Assembly (NCBI GenBank): GCA_000320545.1
Contig: ADNK01002618.1
Coordinates: forward strand, 82,093-146,092
Length of the DNA stretch: 64,000 bases
Direction of reading: 5' to 3'
Origin: Bigelowiella natans CCMP2755
Taxonomy: Eukaryota > Protista > Cercozoa
This document shows positions 27,535-42,447 of the stretch, one piece after another. A model generated the notes under the pieces. It was not told the origin of the DNA. It was given only the letters and a program-made list of their open reading frames with translations, and did no database searches. Position 1 is the stretch's first letter. The number at the start of each line of letters is the position of its first letter. Made by a program: the position numbers and the translations under genes.

Positions 27535-28378
27535 AGATGAATTGCTTATTCTGGACTTCTCTTAGATCCAGCCCAAGAAATTGAATGATACATATGTATA
27601 CCGCTGTGTGTGACGCAAGGAGAAATAACATATATGTGAACAAGGTAAAATAAGTGTTTGAAGATGGTGCTATGTGCTTGATCGGTAATGAAACGATTCA
27701 TGCTTTCAAAAGCTTGCAACATCAAATATGATGCGCTGCAGTACGTGCAATGATCATCTAGATTTTCATGTAAAACATGTACAAATGGTTGATGTGATAG
27801 ACCTAGCTTTCAATGTCCTTGCGGCAAGGATCCCACCAAAGTGAGCCCAATTTAGCAGCGTGCATGCTAGCATGAGACAATCGGGATGATGGCAATAGAG
27901 CACCTGCATGGAAGAATGGCTAGATGGCGCTGCTCCAATCTAGCAATGTGTAATGATTGAATTGTTTTTTTTCGCACATCGACAATCAAGAAGTATATCA
28001 AGCGCTAGCGCGCATGCTACCACAAACTCGAATTCTCTCACCTCATGCTAGTATGCATGCGGTGTAGTACTAGAGCTCCAATGTTCCAATTTTGCATGCA
28101 TCTGCCAAAATAATCGCATTTTGCAATGATCCGAATTTGGTCCAAAACCCCGAATGCGATAAAACAACACATGCATTTGTTGCCGTCTAGTTCACGTGTG
28201 CTAAATTTGTAATCGCACGCGCACACACACGAGGGTGATCTCAAACATGTGATCGTTGTAAATCGGATCATCGCCCATGTCACATCTTTCGCACTAGATC
28301 ACTCATTTTGTGAAGCTCAGGACCAGCCACATGGCATCGCATCTATGCTCTGTATCGTACTATCACTTCTTGGCAACA

Positions 28379-29075
28379 CTAAATCAGAAAGACTGACTGC
28401 AAAATAATCCTTAGACTTGCGACGAATCCGCCCATTCGAAAAGCAGTAATCACCTTTTTGGGAAACGAATACCGAATATGAATTGCCAAGCTGTCCAAGG
28501 GGATTTGGTAATGCTGCATTCTATATGAAAGAGAATACAATACATCCCCCTTGCTGAACGACATACCCCGCATAGTTGAGCAAGCACCACTCCGCAGACA
28601 AGTTGATCCTGACCAGTCATGTACCTAGAAGCAACGCCCATGAAATTTGTCATAACGATGATTAGGTCTCGGCCACATGAGGGAATAAACTTATTATGTG
28701 AGCATGAACGAACACAATTCCCTTCGACTCCTTCCTCCCTACTCTTGCCTGAAAGGACATGTAGGATGCGTACAGGTTTCGGATTGGAGTGGAGATGTCA
28801 AGGTGCTTCTGCACCGACCAGTCGCTGTATCTGAGAGAAATAATCACAGATGGTTTCATCAATGACCTCATCGGCTCAAGAGCACAGCGCAGTATTCCAC
28901 GTCGAAGAAAAGCCTTAACCGAGCTTTCAGCAGATTGGCAGTATAGACACATCACACTTTCTCCTCTCTTCCTTACCGTTGCGGTGTTTGATCCAATCCG
29001 ACCGCTCCTCCCCGTGGAGTGCGGAGATAGTGCTCTATGGAAAGCGGTGTCGAGATGTCGACCTGGAAGAGAGAA

Positions 29076-29124
<49 letters not shown>

Positions 29125-30209
29125 AGGGCAGGGGAGTTGGGGTGCGGGTGCAATCATCATCATCATCAGTATCAATGCTTAGATATCACAAACCAGCAAC
29201 ATTAAAAAATCCTTGAGCTGCAAGATCGCAAATACTTTTTCCATTGGCAGCAATATATTCAACGACAACGGGAGGAAATTGAATTGTTATTTTTATGTGC
29301 TTAGATTTTGTGTTATGCTGTGTAGTTTTAAATTCACTCCTCTCCCTCCCTCCTTTCCTTTCCCCCTAGTCACCATCTCCACAAGGCCCTTGGTCTGAGC
29401 GTATATCACACACATGACTGTTAATACAAAAGGACAGGGAGAGAGAGACGAGAGGGGGAGAGAGAGTAGCTTTATCACCTGCGGATAGAACTTATACAAG
29501 ACTGATAAGCATCTGTATGTAGCGGGATGATGACGAATAATAAGTGAAAGGAGTCGAGGGGCGGGGGGGGGAGATGGAGATGGGTGGAAAGAGTGGAATG
29601 AATACATTTCTTCAGAAACAGAATGTACGAAATACACTTCTAATTTTTGCTCCTGGCTTCATTGAAATATCTTTTGCGCCTCGTTCCATTGTCTTTGGTA
29701 TTGTTGTTGTTGCTGCTGCTGCTGCTGCTTGTTTTGTTTGTTTATGTGGACGGCCGAAGACATGCAGGATGCAGGAGGCGTACTTTTCTTGCCATTTTTT
29801 CTTCAGCGATTGGTACTCCTTGTTTGACTGCCGTTCCTGATATGCGCCGTGCAACCAAATAAAAAACACGCTTGCTTCACAACGCGCTGTGTTGCGTTGA
29901 GCTGTCTGTAAGGATATTACAACATCACACATTACACGCACACGTACCCCTTCTGAAAGATGGGCAAACTTCTCAAACCTAAAAAGCAGTCAGGCTGCGT
30001 GTCAGAAGGTGAAAATCCAACTTGTCCCTCCCCCCCTCCTCCCGTTTCTCCAAAAAAATGAGAGGTAACGTAAACCGCGACAATAGCGACAAAATGTGTT
30101 CGGTAAATCGCTTTGACAGTGTTGTCGTGTACCATTTCCATTCTGCAATCATGAGAATCTACCACAAAACAGGAGAAGTAAACACAAAGTAAGTCCCTTT
30201 TTGATAAAG

Positions 30210-30265
<56 letters not shown>

Positions 30266-30388
30266 CAATATTTGTTTAGGACCAAGATGTACCTGACAAC
30301 TCGTCCTCGGATTAGAGCTTCCTCCCTGAAGGAACAGCCATATACGTCGGTGGGAGGAGGGAGAAGAGGGTAAAAATAAAGGGAAGGG

Positions 30389-30421
<33 letters not shown>

Positions 30422-31354
30422 AGGGGGGGGGGGAAGGGGTATCCCTTTGTCTCGTCTACTCGAGATACTAAACAGCGGTGTACGATAATGCATGCACCAC
30501 CATCACCTCCTTTATAGACGGAAACGTGATCATAGCTGGGGCATCGCTTTCGAGAGGGTTCTCGTAGAACTGAGCAGCCAGCAACAACAACAACAACATC
30601 ATCACCCACAACAACTACCACATGATGGTGAATACCACCACTTCTACTACATATACTGCGGAGCGTCTCACAGCGCACTGCTACGGATGATTCGATGATG
30701 CGACAGCACACCTTCTTGAGGGGCTCTATAATGTCCTTTGTCTCGGGGTGTGCGGGGTGATACCACACATTAATGTTTCGCAGCTTTAACTGCAAGAAAG
30801 GGATGGAACGAGGACAAGGGAGGGGTGTCGATTTCAGACGTAATTGGACAAATTTGAGGTTGGGTGATGATTACAGAAGCTTCCTCTACCATTGAACAGC
30901 ATACCTCCTCCGCAGACGCCTTTATGCCGATATTTCCCATCACAAATCCGGAGCTTGTCTTTACCTGCGACCAGCAAAACGAAACGATGGTGTGTCTTTG
31001 CGTGTTGGGATGTAGCGAAGCTGGGTGACAGAAGGGGGCAGAGTGAGAGTATCAAAAGAGTCCTGTCATTGACGAGAAAAAGAGAGAGGGGGTATGGGGG
31101 GAGAGTGGGGGGAGAGAATTACGCCTCCTGGTAAAGCAGTAGGGATTGCTGCTCTCTTCCGGTCATCATCTGAGAGAAGCCGTTCCACAGTGTTTGGCCA
31201 CCTGTAGCATGTGCAATAAGTGTACTCTTTAACACTTGCGAACAGCATATGCATGGGATGAAAAACAGGGCTCTTATTTTTGTCTTACATCCGGACTTCT
31301 CTCGGCAGTGAGGACACGATGGCATGCTCTCTAGGCTACAGGGCAGATTGGTCG

Positions 31355-31385
<31 letters not shown>

Positions 31386-32787
31386 CAACAACAACAACAG
31401 CAACAAGAAGAAGAAGAACAATAACATCACTCGTGAAATCACCATCCCCCCGCTTCGTGGCCATCATAATCTAGCATCATCATATATCATCCTACCCTGT
31501 TCCTGAGACAACATCCTTGGCGTTGATACGCTCTCCATTGGACAATTCGACCTGGCATATCAGCACAAGAGGCAGCAGCAAACACCAAAGCGGAGGAGAT
31601 TCATAGATGATTCTCTGACGATATAATATGTGAAATGTACACGTATAAAATACACATATAGCGTATCATACACCAAGCTTTGCGGAACGACAACATCGGT
31701 CCTCCATCCTCCTCCTCCTCCTTCTTCTTCTTCAATAAATAGTGAAGAATTGGATAAGTGTCGAGGCGGGGAAATGCTTACTCCGATCGCTCTCTGCTTG
31801 TCCACGATGATACGTTTCACGTTTGCGCGAGTCAGCACTTTGCCCCCGGCAGCATTAATGACATCTATGTAGGCCTCGGCGAGAGACTCAGGGCCTCCTG
31901 TTGGGTAGCATGCTCCTGCAGGGAAGGGTGAGGGGGGAGAGAGAATTAGCCATTAGCAAAGTAATATGGTGAAGGAGGAGGAGGAGGACTGAAGATGGAG
32001 AAGGGGAAACATACCTTCAATAGGCATTCCTCGAAATACAGCCGCAGTAAGCATGAACGTCGCCATGTCAGGGCGCGCACCTGCACAACGACAGCATGTT
32101 ACTATTATATTCACGACTATGAGTTATTTGTTTATGTTGTGGGGGGGGGGGTATGGGTATATGTTTGTGTGCGTATTTATATAATATATATATATATATA
32201 TATATATCAATATATAATACCTGTGTCAATCCACAACCCGCAGAGAATTGATATAAGTCTGGTGTTCTTCGTGATCTTTGAAAGGACCTCCAGCCCTGAA
32301 GAATAATAATGATGATGACGATGATAATGATGGTGATGACAGAGACGACGATGACAAATTGAAAAATATGATTGTGACAATCGTCATGTGGTGCACAGTT
32401 GCTGCTTTCCCCTATTTCCTCGCTATCTCTCCTATGTAATATATATGTGTGTGTGCGTGTGCACGCGCGCGCGCAATATTCCATAACAACGCAGTGTTTT
32501 GCATTATTCCTACCACACACTTCTAAAATAAAGATGCCACCTGTTTGACGAGTACACTCCATGTATTTGCTAGGTACTAATCGCCAGAAGTAAGGCTACA
32601 ATTCCGGGATCGTCGCCATCAACATTGCAATCATACCCATTATAAACATTGATATCACTTTCTTGGTAGTGTCGTTGGATGTTAGTAAATATGTAGAGGG
32701 GAGCGGGAGAGGGAGCGCAGCAATGTTGTGATCGAAGAGAGTCGTACGAAAGTAGACGTGTAAGAAATCAACGGGCAGCACACACAA

Positions 32788-32833
<46 letters not shown>

Positions 32834-33292
32834 GGTCGATTGTTTTGAGCTCTAGCATTAAGCGGTCCTTTAATAGACTTCTACTACAGATACAAAGTAC
32901 GATTTGGGAAGCTGCAGCACTCACTCCCTTGCTTCTATTGTCGTTTCTTTGTGCGGGATTCTCTCATTTCTTCCTCGACTCACAACCTGTAGCCATAGAG
33001 GAAGAAGCTTTGAGAACGCCAGTAGCTTTACTGCTGCCATTGCATTCTCTGAAATTGCCATGTACGCGTCGATTGCTTCCTGAATATCCGTGGATAGCAG
33101 AAGGGAGTGCATTCATTTATGTGAGGAAGGAAAGGCTCTCCTCGCCATTGATGATATACTGTTATTGCTGTGTGTGTATTGCAGTCAGGGCTATCAATAG
33201 CTGTACGATCACGGCATTTGCATGGACAACTGACCTTTTCGTCGGGGAACATCTTATAAAGGGTTGCAAGATGCCTGTCAATCAACAAGACA

Positions 33293-33341
<49 letters not shown>

Positions 33342-33491
33342 TGTATCAATACGGAAGAGTGAGGGAGAGAGAGAGAGCGAGAGAGAGAGGAATATGATGA
33401 TATATTGAAGAGAGAGACGGGGAAGTTCTTCTCGCATCTTACTTTTCCTTATGCTTCACAAGGAATGGATCTTTGTTACTGCCTGGTATGG

Positions 33492-33527
<36 letters not shown>

Positions 33528-34029
33528 GGATATGTCAAAATAGTTGCGTCACGAAGAGCTATTAATTAGAAGCAAGATTTAAATTCAAGAGTAAACGCTA
33601 CATCATGCAGCGCATTTTCTCATCAAATCAGCATTTTTCCCTCAACCAAAAACAGCATCAACTAACACCAGCTAGCTACTTTGACTTCTCGATTACCCAA
33701 GTATATTTCGTCAAACGTATGGTCCTCTCTCCCCATCATTGTAAACTGAGGCACCTGATAAGGCCGATCGTGCGTGTATAATGCCTTCTTTTTATCGCCG
33801 CGCGGCTTGTGTGTGTTTGTTCGTTTTCTACCATTTTATTACCTCTTGGGTGGATCTGAGACATGTAAGCTGGAATAGAGGCCCAGACCTGTGCAGGGGA
33901 ACATTTGTTAATATTTCACTCCGGTAAGCACCCGTATACAGACGAATTCACATGCACATTCTCCCTCCTCTGCATCCATATGCCACACTTCAACGTGCAC
34001 CAATATACTCGTCAAGAGAGAGGGAAGGA

Positions 34030-34085
<56 letters not shown>

Positions 34086-34876
34086 TAGAAAACGAATCCG
34101 AAAAGTGAACAAGGGAATGTCTGTTCTGCCAATCCTCCTTACATTGCTTCTTTGTTTCTATAGCTGTTTACCATGGGACAGAATAATGCAGCCCACTGTC
34201 GAAACGATAACCCTTACAGGTACGCATATGTATAGTAAATAACTGTTGTCACGATGTCTATTCTATGGATAAATCATCCTGAAAAGACAGACCACCACTT
34301 CTTCTTATTCTTCTTCTTATTATTATTCTTCTTCTTATTCTTCTTCCTCCTCCTCCTCCTCCTACCTTTAGATCGAAAGAGTGCGTTGAGCCTCCAGCGA
34401 CTGTATGTTGCTCCAGAACAACCACCTTACGACCCATTCGAGAGAGAGTGGCGGCGCACGAGAGACCTCCCATTCCACTCCCCACCACGACCACATCCAC
34501 TTCTTTCGGGATCTTCTCGCGCCTATACCTCTCACTAAGAACCTTATTGCGACGCTTTTGTCGTTGACGGTCGTTGGAATTCTGGGTAATACTGGGAGGT
34601 AAAGGCGCGGGGAAGGAGGCAATCCACATCGCCAATACCGCGGAGAGGGTCAAGAAAACCGCACGATAAATGACCGACGGTAAGAGCAAAACCACAACCT
34701 AGAATGAAGGAAGGGGGAAGAAAATAAAAATAAGCAAGGGGGGGAGGTCGGAGGAATCCAATGGAATAGTGTATCCAGCCGGGTGATGGGATGACGGCCG
34801 TTGTGGAATAATAGAGTATCTGTTATGTAACTTTTACCACAACCGACGAGGCTGCTATCGAAGACGCCACGTTCAT
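28379..34876 (-). CDS. All-trans-retinol 13,14-reductase (RETSAT)/carotenoid isomerase-like FAD oxidoreductase
   Basis: Hydrophobic N-terminus, then DVVVVGSGMGGLSCAATLSRMGRKVVVLEQHTVAGGSTHSFDLK|GYRFDSGLHY, YPTGGPESLA..GGKVLTRANVKRI and C-terminal YMTGQDQLVCGV. Confidence 0.85.
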
Positions 34877-35289
34877 TGAGAGTAAATATTCGTTTAAAGG
34901 CAGGAAGCGCTTGCAGGTGTAGGTAGCTTAAATTGTCGCTATGCGAGATGGAAAAGGGGGAGGGGCAGATCCAGTGTTCCGCAAGGCCGTGGAGATTATT
35001 GAAATTGTGCAAGATATTTTTAGGCTATATTCTCACGGTGCGACTATGTCCCTAGGTTGTCGCTGTGGTAATAATTCGATGTATTTGGAAGAAATTATGT
35101 CGCAAGACTGAATTAGATCTAGTGCGAACACTGGGAACCGATCCTCCTCGACTAAGGTCGAACTTGGCAATGAAATCTCATTTTCAACTCCTCGTTCTTT
35201 CCATGATCCTTTCAACTGCTCCAGTGTGAACACTTTTTCCTTGCTTGTTTTCTTCACACGGTGGTCTTGCCGATTGAGCACCTAACGCA

Positions 35290-36600
35290 GCAACGCCTAG
35301 GAAACACTTCATTCATCTGACATGTTGATTCATGGCAAACTCTCTCGACAAAGCTTGCGCTGTCGTTCGATCACAATTGGTCGTTTGCGAGTCCATCATC
35401 GTCATCACCTTTTGGACGTTCTCCTCAATGAATTGCCTGCAGGAGGGATTCTTCGATGCAGGAGGGATTCTTCGAGGAGCAACTGAAGGTCTCCCCATGC
35501 TGGCATGCTCGATGTGTGCCAGCTAGCTAGCTAGCTGGCGATGGTTGACTTGCCACAGGCCAACAGAGAATGAAATTTTCAATTCATGGCGTTTTGCATC
35601 ACAGCTAGCAGCAGTTGTTGGTTGCCATCTGCCTGGCACTTGCTTCCAACGTTGAGCTGTCAGACCAATCAAAGAAAAAATGTTTTCAGTGTGGTGCTGT
35701 CATCGCGACACGATGGTGACAATTTCGTCAATGCCAGAATGGATCAACTTGCAGGGACCTGTCTAGCTGTGGATCCGCATGAACTTGTCAGTCGTCCCTT
35801 CAGCTCAGAAGAAGAAGAAGAAGAAGAAGAAGAAGAAGAAGAAGAAGAAGAAGAAGAAGGAAGGAAGAATGAGAAGAAGGAAGGAAGAAGAAGGATGACA
35901 GCCAGTGACGCAGCAGACCATGCTGGCATGGAGCACACTTGCAAGCACACCCCACATTTCATTTCCCAACCACAACAAGTAGCAAAAATTGCGAAATGCG
36001 CAACATGAAAATTTGCCCACTGGCGACCCACTGCTGAACTGAACAGCTAGAATGACATGGTGAAAATCACAGGCACATCACATGTCTTTTGTGAAAACAA
36101 TGCTTGTCAAAAATGACACAGCAAATAAAAAGATCATCGCTAGAGCATTGCGCCATTGCCTACATCGCCCCATTGCCCATGTCGCGCACATTTTCGCCGC
36201 TGTTAGCTAGCTGTGATGCGTCCTTGTAATCATTTCTGTCACATTGATGCCAACAACCCAGAACTCTGCTAGCTCGAGAATGAGAGCCTTGTCTTCAAAG
36301 CTACTCACAAACGAAATGCTGTGATGAGCTTCACCACCATCTGAGCTTTTGCAACGTGCATTGTGATGTCCTCTGCATCACAGACACAGTGATGATGTCA
36401 TTACATGTCCATCATCTGTGATGTGATCTAGTGATCATCGTGTTCAACGCAATCATCAAAGTGATGAAACACTGGGACTTGAGAAATTGATTGCGCAAAG
36501 CCCAGCTGCAGCACTTGTCAATGTCAATGCCATTGCCAACAGCAGCATCATTACTCATTCTGCCAACAACAGCAGTTCAGGATGTGCTTCATTCACTTTC
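35290..36600. other. TpA-depleted hypermutated tract with (GAA)n and an 18-bp direct repeat
   Basis: TA is very rare and mostly CTAG (e.g. agctagctagctagct at ~35521). gcaggagggattcttcga occurs twice at ~35438-35475. Confidence 0.8.
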
Positions 36601-37074
36601 AATACTTCATCATTGAAAGTGCTCACGCATATCTGTTACACACATTACCCATGTGCAAGTTGATGTGTGTATATGCATGTGCAAGTTTGTGTGTGTGGTT
36701 AGCAGTGTTCCGCATCGTGTTTTGTGAAAGAGGATGTGCTTTGTGGAATTATAGGAGCAGAAGCTAAAACAATGTCCCACTGTACACAAAGCAGGTGTAT
36801 ATATTTTTATAATATCGCTTTCGTGACATCTCCGACAAACTCGTCTGTTTCCGGTCGAGCTGTGGCAGATGTTTTAAGTTCTACTAAGATTGGATACATT
36901 TTTGCAGCATGACTTCAGTAATACATTTGTACCCCAATTATTCTACACCTTGAGAAATGCTCTCACCGCAGAATACTGCTAGTATCTTGGCAATTTTTAC
37001 AAATATATCCCAGCCGCAGCAAACAAGCCCGTAGATAACCTAATGGCGTGTAATACCAAACTACTGCTGCTTAT

Positions 37075-37703
37075 TTACTTAGCTAATTTGACGTGCGGTA
37101 AGCAACCCTGCACGTTGGAAATATCTGCCTTTTCAATCACTCTTTTGTCCCCAAGTCTCATCTTATTCTTACGAGACATTTTCGTGTTCAGGTGCTGCTT
37201 TCCTGCTTGCTTGGAAAGGACCTTGCCACCAGATGTGACCTTAAAGCGCTTTGCGGCAGCCTGTGATGTAAAAAGTAAGTGAATGCCTACAGTCGCAACA
37301 ACAGAAATAATTTTATGAATATGCAGTGGTGTCATCACCTTTCTCGTCTTAGCAACTCCACGGAATGCAGAAGCGGATACATCTACATAGTCGGACCCAA
37401 GTAAGTGATATGTGTTTGAGAGATCATTCTACCAGTTCTTGATTCGTAACGTTATATATGATTCGTACTCGAAAATAAGTACTCAATTCCGATCGCAATA
37501 AATTTATTTGTTCTAAGTACGATGTTCTCATAACCTCTTCCATTGAAGACGGGGGTGTGCATAGCAGAAAGGGAATTGAACGAGGTACGCATTGCGACAG
37601 GTGCACCGACGTCCCCGGTAGTACCCCACGTCATGCAGACGATCCCCAAAAGGAGAATGACGTTCAGCAGGCAAGAAGCCACTATGAAGCTAGAGCTAGA
37701 CAT
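37075..37703 (-). CDS. rpl35: Plastid ribosomal protein bL35 with bipartite signal + transit peptide
   Basis: Leader MSSSSFIVASCLLNVILLLGIVCM..APVAMRTSFNSLSAM. Mature part KTRK|AAAKRFKVTSGGKVLSKQAGKQHLNTKMSRKNKMRL..IEKADISNVQGCLP. Confidence 0.95.
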
Positions 37704-38410
37704 AATTTGATGATAAATGAGATGAGTAGAGGGGGAGGGTGTGGCCCTGGGGTATTCCGTGAGAAAACTTGAGACGCTTTGTAATTTAGGTATAAGACAT
37801 AAAATATTTCATGTCTCTCTCTTAAAATATAGGGTAACATTGACGGTGCTGCGTAGACTTACTCTGTCTGAGCGGCAACTTCGCGATTTTAATTTCTCGG
37901 TATATATCCGAGAAGGTGAGCACACGGGTGATTCTCAAGAGTTTTGGATGCCGGGCGTGCGAGCGTAGAAAAAACGGCTTGATTCTGTGAAACAACCGAC
38001 GGGCACTTCGTAGAGGCGACAGGACAAATTTTGGAGAAGTGGGTACCTAAATGTCCGTCCCAAACAGTACGATTCAGATTGTAACAGCGTTGAGGCATTG
38101 GTTGAATTTCTTATGGATTTTGGTCTGGAGCTCGCAACACCCCACCAACAACATGTCTCTAGTTTCAATCGATCTTTGTCGCATAATGAGAATGTATTCG
38201 ATTTCAGTATATATTGTTCTACAAGTTATTGTCGCATAGTGAATTTCGAAGATAAGCTGCAACAACGAAACACGCCACCCCTTCCCTTCCCCCAATCAGA
38301 ATCTTATAGCCTGGCACGGGGAAGGACGCAACAGGTATAAAATTCATACTAGTTCTCTGCTTCCTTACTTATCTTTCTATTCCACAATATGCTAAGGAAT
38401 AGGGTGAGAA

Positions 38411-41400
38411 ATGGAGAATTACGAATGCCTGGGGCAGATTGGGGAGGGCACATATGGTCTCGTCCTCAAGGCCAGGCATCGTATCACCGGCCAAATAGTT
38501 GCTATAAAGAAGTTCAAGGAATCAGATCAAGATGAACAGGTCCGAAAGACAGCGCTGCGTGAGATCCGAATCTTAAAGCAGCTCAAACATGCCAATATTG
38601 TCACTCTGCATGAAGTCTTCCGAAAGAAGGGAAGACTGTACCTAGTTTTTGAATATGTCGATGGGACCATCTTGGAGCTCATGGAGCGTAGCCCCGATGG
38701 ACTAAACCGCTTGCAGGCAAAGAAGTGCCTCTACCAGCTCCTAAAATCGCTCGAATGCATCCACGCAAGCAACATAGTGCATCGCGACATCAAGCCCGAG
38801 AACCTGCTAGTCTCGCGTAACGGCGTGCTAAAGCTCTGTGACTTCGGGTTTGCAAGAAATCTAGGTCGACCGGGAGCCAAATACACTGACTATGTCGCCA
38901 CGCGCTGGTACCGTGCGCCTGAGCTGCTAGTTGGCGACGAAGAGTATTCGACACCCGTGGACGTTTGGGCGGTGGGTTGCCTCTTTGGAGAAATTTCAAA
39001 CGGAGCGCCCTTATTCCCAGGGGAATCGGACTTGGATCAACTCTACCACGTCATGCGCTGCCTCGGGGCGCTGCCGAAGCGTCACCAAGAGTTATTTCGC
39101 AGAAACCCGCTTTACGAAGGCACGTGCTTGCCAGAAGTTAAAGAAAGTGATCCCCTTGAAGATCGCTTTTCAACGCTCGATCCCGCCGCCCTTACCCTAA
39201 TGAAATCATGCCTTAAATGTGAACCTAAGGATCGTCAAACTGTCAGCCAGCTTCTGGAGCATCCATATTTCAATGGCTTCAAGGAGTGGTAATTTAACGC
39301 GAAATCATCGATAGAACTTTGTAGTGCGGAATCTTAAGATTGAATCGATCAGATTGTCAAACGATATTCCATTGTTTTCCTCTTGCGATTGTGTGGAACA
39401 AACTTTGCAAATATATCACTCGACTATGGTTTATTTCCCCATTTTTTGGTTGCCTTTTTAGAATGAGAATGAGTGTCTATTTGGCTGCAGCGTCTCAGCC
39501 CGCTGTGGGTTATTTCCCGTCATATTTCTATTTCGATGAAGTCCTGCTCGGCGCCCTCCCATACACCTCACCCTCACTTTTTCCTCTCCTCCCCTTCTTT
39601 ATGCCTTTGTCCAAACTATATCGCGCATATATTCAGGTACGAGATTGAACACAAGAAATGTGTGGAGAAGGACCGTACTGACGCGTTAGAAGCATCCGCC
39701 AGAGTGCTCAAGGCTCGCGCAAGGAGAAAAGAGCGAGAGGCAGAACGTCGCCGGCGTAAACGTGAAAGGCTGGCATCGATAAGCTCCATGAACATGCAGG
39801 AAGACCATTCCTCCGGGTTCCTGCATTCATCCTCCTCCACTTCCAACCTCCCCGCAACCCTCCCCGCCCAACTTCTTCCCCCACGCGCTCTCACCAACAA
39901 CCACCACCATTACCACCACCAGCAGCATCAGCAGCAGCATTCAAATGGCGGCCTTGGCGGCAGCAATAACAGCAGCTCCAACGCCTCGTCGAATAGCCAC
40001 CATCACCACCATCACCATCACCACCACCACCACCACAAACACCACCACCACAGCTCCACAAATGACACACACAGTAATGGCGGATATCACAATGTGGGGG
40101 GCGGCAGCAGTAACAACAAGGGTAGCAGCAATAGTAATAACAGCGGTAACAGCAGTTCCAACAACAATAGCACTAGTAACAACGGCAGCGGAGTTGGCGG
40201 GGGGGGTGCGACGTTCTACTTCCCGACAGCGACAGGTACTGTAATTAGAGAGAGAGAGAGAGGTAACACAAACACACTTTATCAAGAACTCTCCATTTCC
40301 TTTATCCCCTCCTACCCCCCATCATTCACTTCCATGATTTTGCTTTCACCAACTGCGCGACGCGCAACCCACAACACATAAACATGAGAGGTGATTGCTA
40401 ACGTTAATGATGATGCTGCCAGCAGGGTATTCGTCCCATCCACAACCAATCGGCCCATCTCGCAAAGCGGGATCAAAAGCATCGACGAGCGGATATCATG
40501 GCGGCCACCACCACCTTCACCCCCATCACCACCACCACCATCATCATAATAATCATCATCATCACCACCATCACAGCTCATCGAAGCCCCAGAAGCAAAT
40601 TCTGAAAAGAGACCATTCCCCAGAGGTAACGATAGAAAGCTACTGTAAAATCATCGAGTGTCGGGCGAGTGAATCCGGACGTTATTCGACTTTAGCCAGC
40701 CATCCCCGCACCCTATTCCCTTGTCCATCTTTTGCTTCTTGAGCCGTTTGCCATACGACATCATAAAATGCGAATGTTTTCCCTGGAGTAGGTTATTTGC
40801 CGATTTCTCGAAACACTAACATTATTGTAATTCATGCTTCAGTTCCGCACGCGGAGGGGGGGGATCGGTCGCCAGGTCACATTCACGGAGCCCATATCGA
40901 GCCATACGAGCAATCCCAAGCGAAAATTGAGCTACGGGTCCAATGGCATGATGAGCCATCATCACCACCATCTCTCTATCAACGTTACGCGTGCAAGCAT
41001 AGGAAGTCGGGGAAACATCGGCAGCGTTGCAGGTGATAGTGACGATGATAATGATGATGATGATGATGAGGAGGAGGAGGAGGAGGAGAGTGAAAATGAT
41101 GGTAGTGTGATAGGTTAGGTGTAGATTGCAATGATCCTCAATATATATATATATATATATATATATGCTCAATTATGCATGGAATTCTCAGGCGCCAATC
41201 AGCGAAATGCCATAGGAAGCAGAGCAGGTAGTAATTGCCATCGCAGGCAACAACAGAGGAGAAGAAGAAGAAGAAGAAGAAGAAGAAGACAATGATGATG
41301 AGGAGGAGGAGGACGATGATGAGAAGGATGATGATTATAAGAAATGCCATGCGCTTCCATCATCTCTTCCAGCAAACTTGCAGTTCGTAATCGATTTTAT

Positions 41401-42149
41401 ATACACACCGTAGGTGTGGGAAGCCGAGGCGGGATCGGCAGCAGGGCGGGTGTGGGCAGTCGGTCCGGCGGGGGGGTGGCAGTTTCAGTGCAGGGAACTT
41501 CACTAGGCCTCCCCACACTAACCCCAATAACTCCGCTGGTATTATTTAGCTCGTGGCCAATGAATGGTGCAGAGTTTGTGCGCGCGTGCGTGTGCTGTGC
41601 GGTGTGTGTGTGTAATATGCCACCGTGGGCTAAAAAGGGTTGTTATTAGTACAGGTATTTGAATGGAGGGGGGAGAGGAAAGGGGTGGTCATTGCGCTGT
41701 TGGTTGCAGCACTTTTAAACAAATCAACCAGCACAGGCTTCCACTAACGCACTCATCGATTTTTTCCTTCCACTCAGGTCGCCCTGCCCACCCTGGCCGG
41801 GGAGTCGAGCATGCACACAGGCGGCGGTGGGGGGGGGGGGAAGACGAACAACCGTGAGGATTCGTTCCACATCCCGCACCTCCAAGGGAAAAAGGATGGG
41901 GGTGGTACTATTGGGGGAAGCGATCAGCAGCCACAACATGCATGGCGATTAGCCCATCAAGGAGCTGCAGGTGGCAATGGGGGGGAGAGCACCCTCCCCA
42001 CCGTTCCCTCTGTGAGCAGCAATTCGGATCTGCCGCTGGGGGGGGGCTCTTTGAACCACTTTTTGAATGAGGGAAAGTCCAAACGCTCTATTCCTCAAAA
42101 ACAAATAGGTGCTACTGCTGCTGATGCTGCTCTTGCGGTTGCTTGGTGA
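38411..42149 (+). CDS. CDKL: CDK-like kinase (CDKL/LF5-type) with a His/Ser/Asn-rich tail
   Basis: GEGTYG, VAIKKFKESDQDEQVRKTALREIRILKQLKH, HRDIKPEN, DFGFAR and TDYVATRWYRAPELL. The kinase domain is in one exon (38411-~39288). The 3' exons and stop are approximate. Confidence 0.92.
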
Positions 42150-42165
42150 TGTATATATCATTGAC

Positions 42166-42208
<43 letters not shown>

Positions 42209-42318
42209 AAAACCTTTCCGATTGGTATCATGATGTATCAGGTCGGAGCAACATCTCTGTGTCGCCAGCGCTCTTAGTATACAACGCGTCCAAGCAAGAA
42301 TTGTAATACAATGAGATA

Positions 42319-42370
<52 letters not shown>

Positions 42371-42371
42371 A

Positions 42372-42447
<76 letters not shown>

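Noticed and set aside
29932-33408. Long ORFs with YIYI/CVCV/LSLS/ERER runs (also near 1810, 42228 and 62808)
   Set aside because: These are translations of intronic or intergenic microsatellites.
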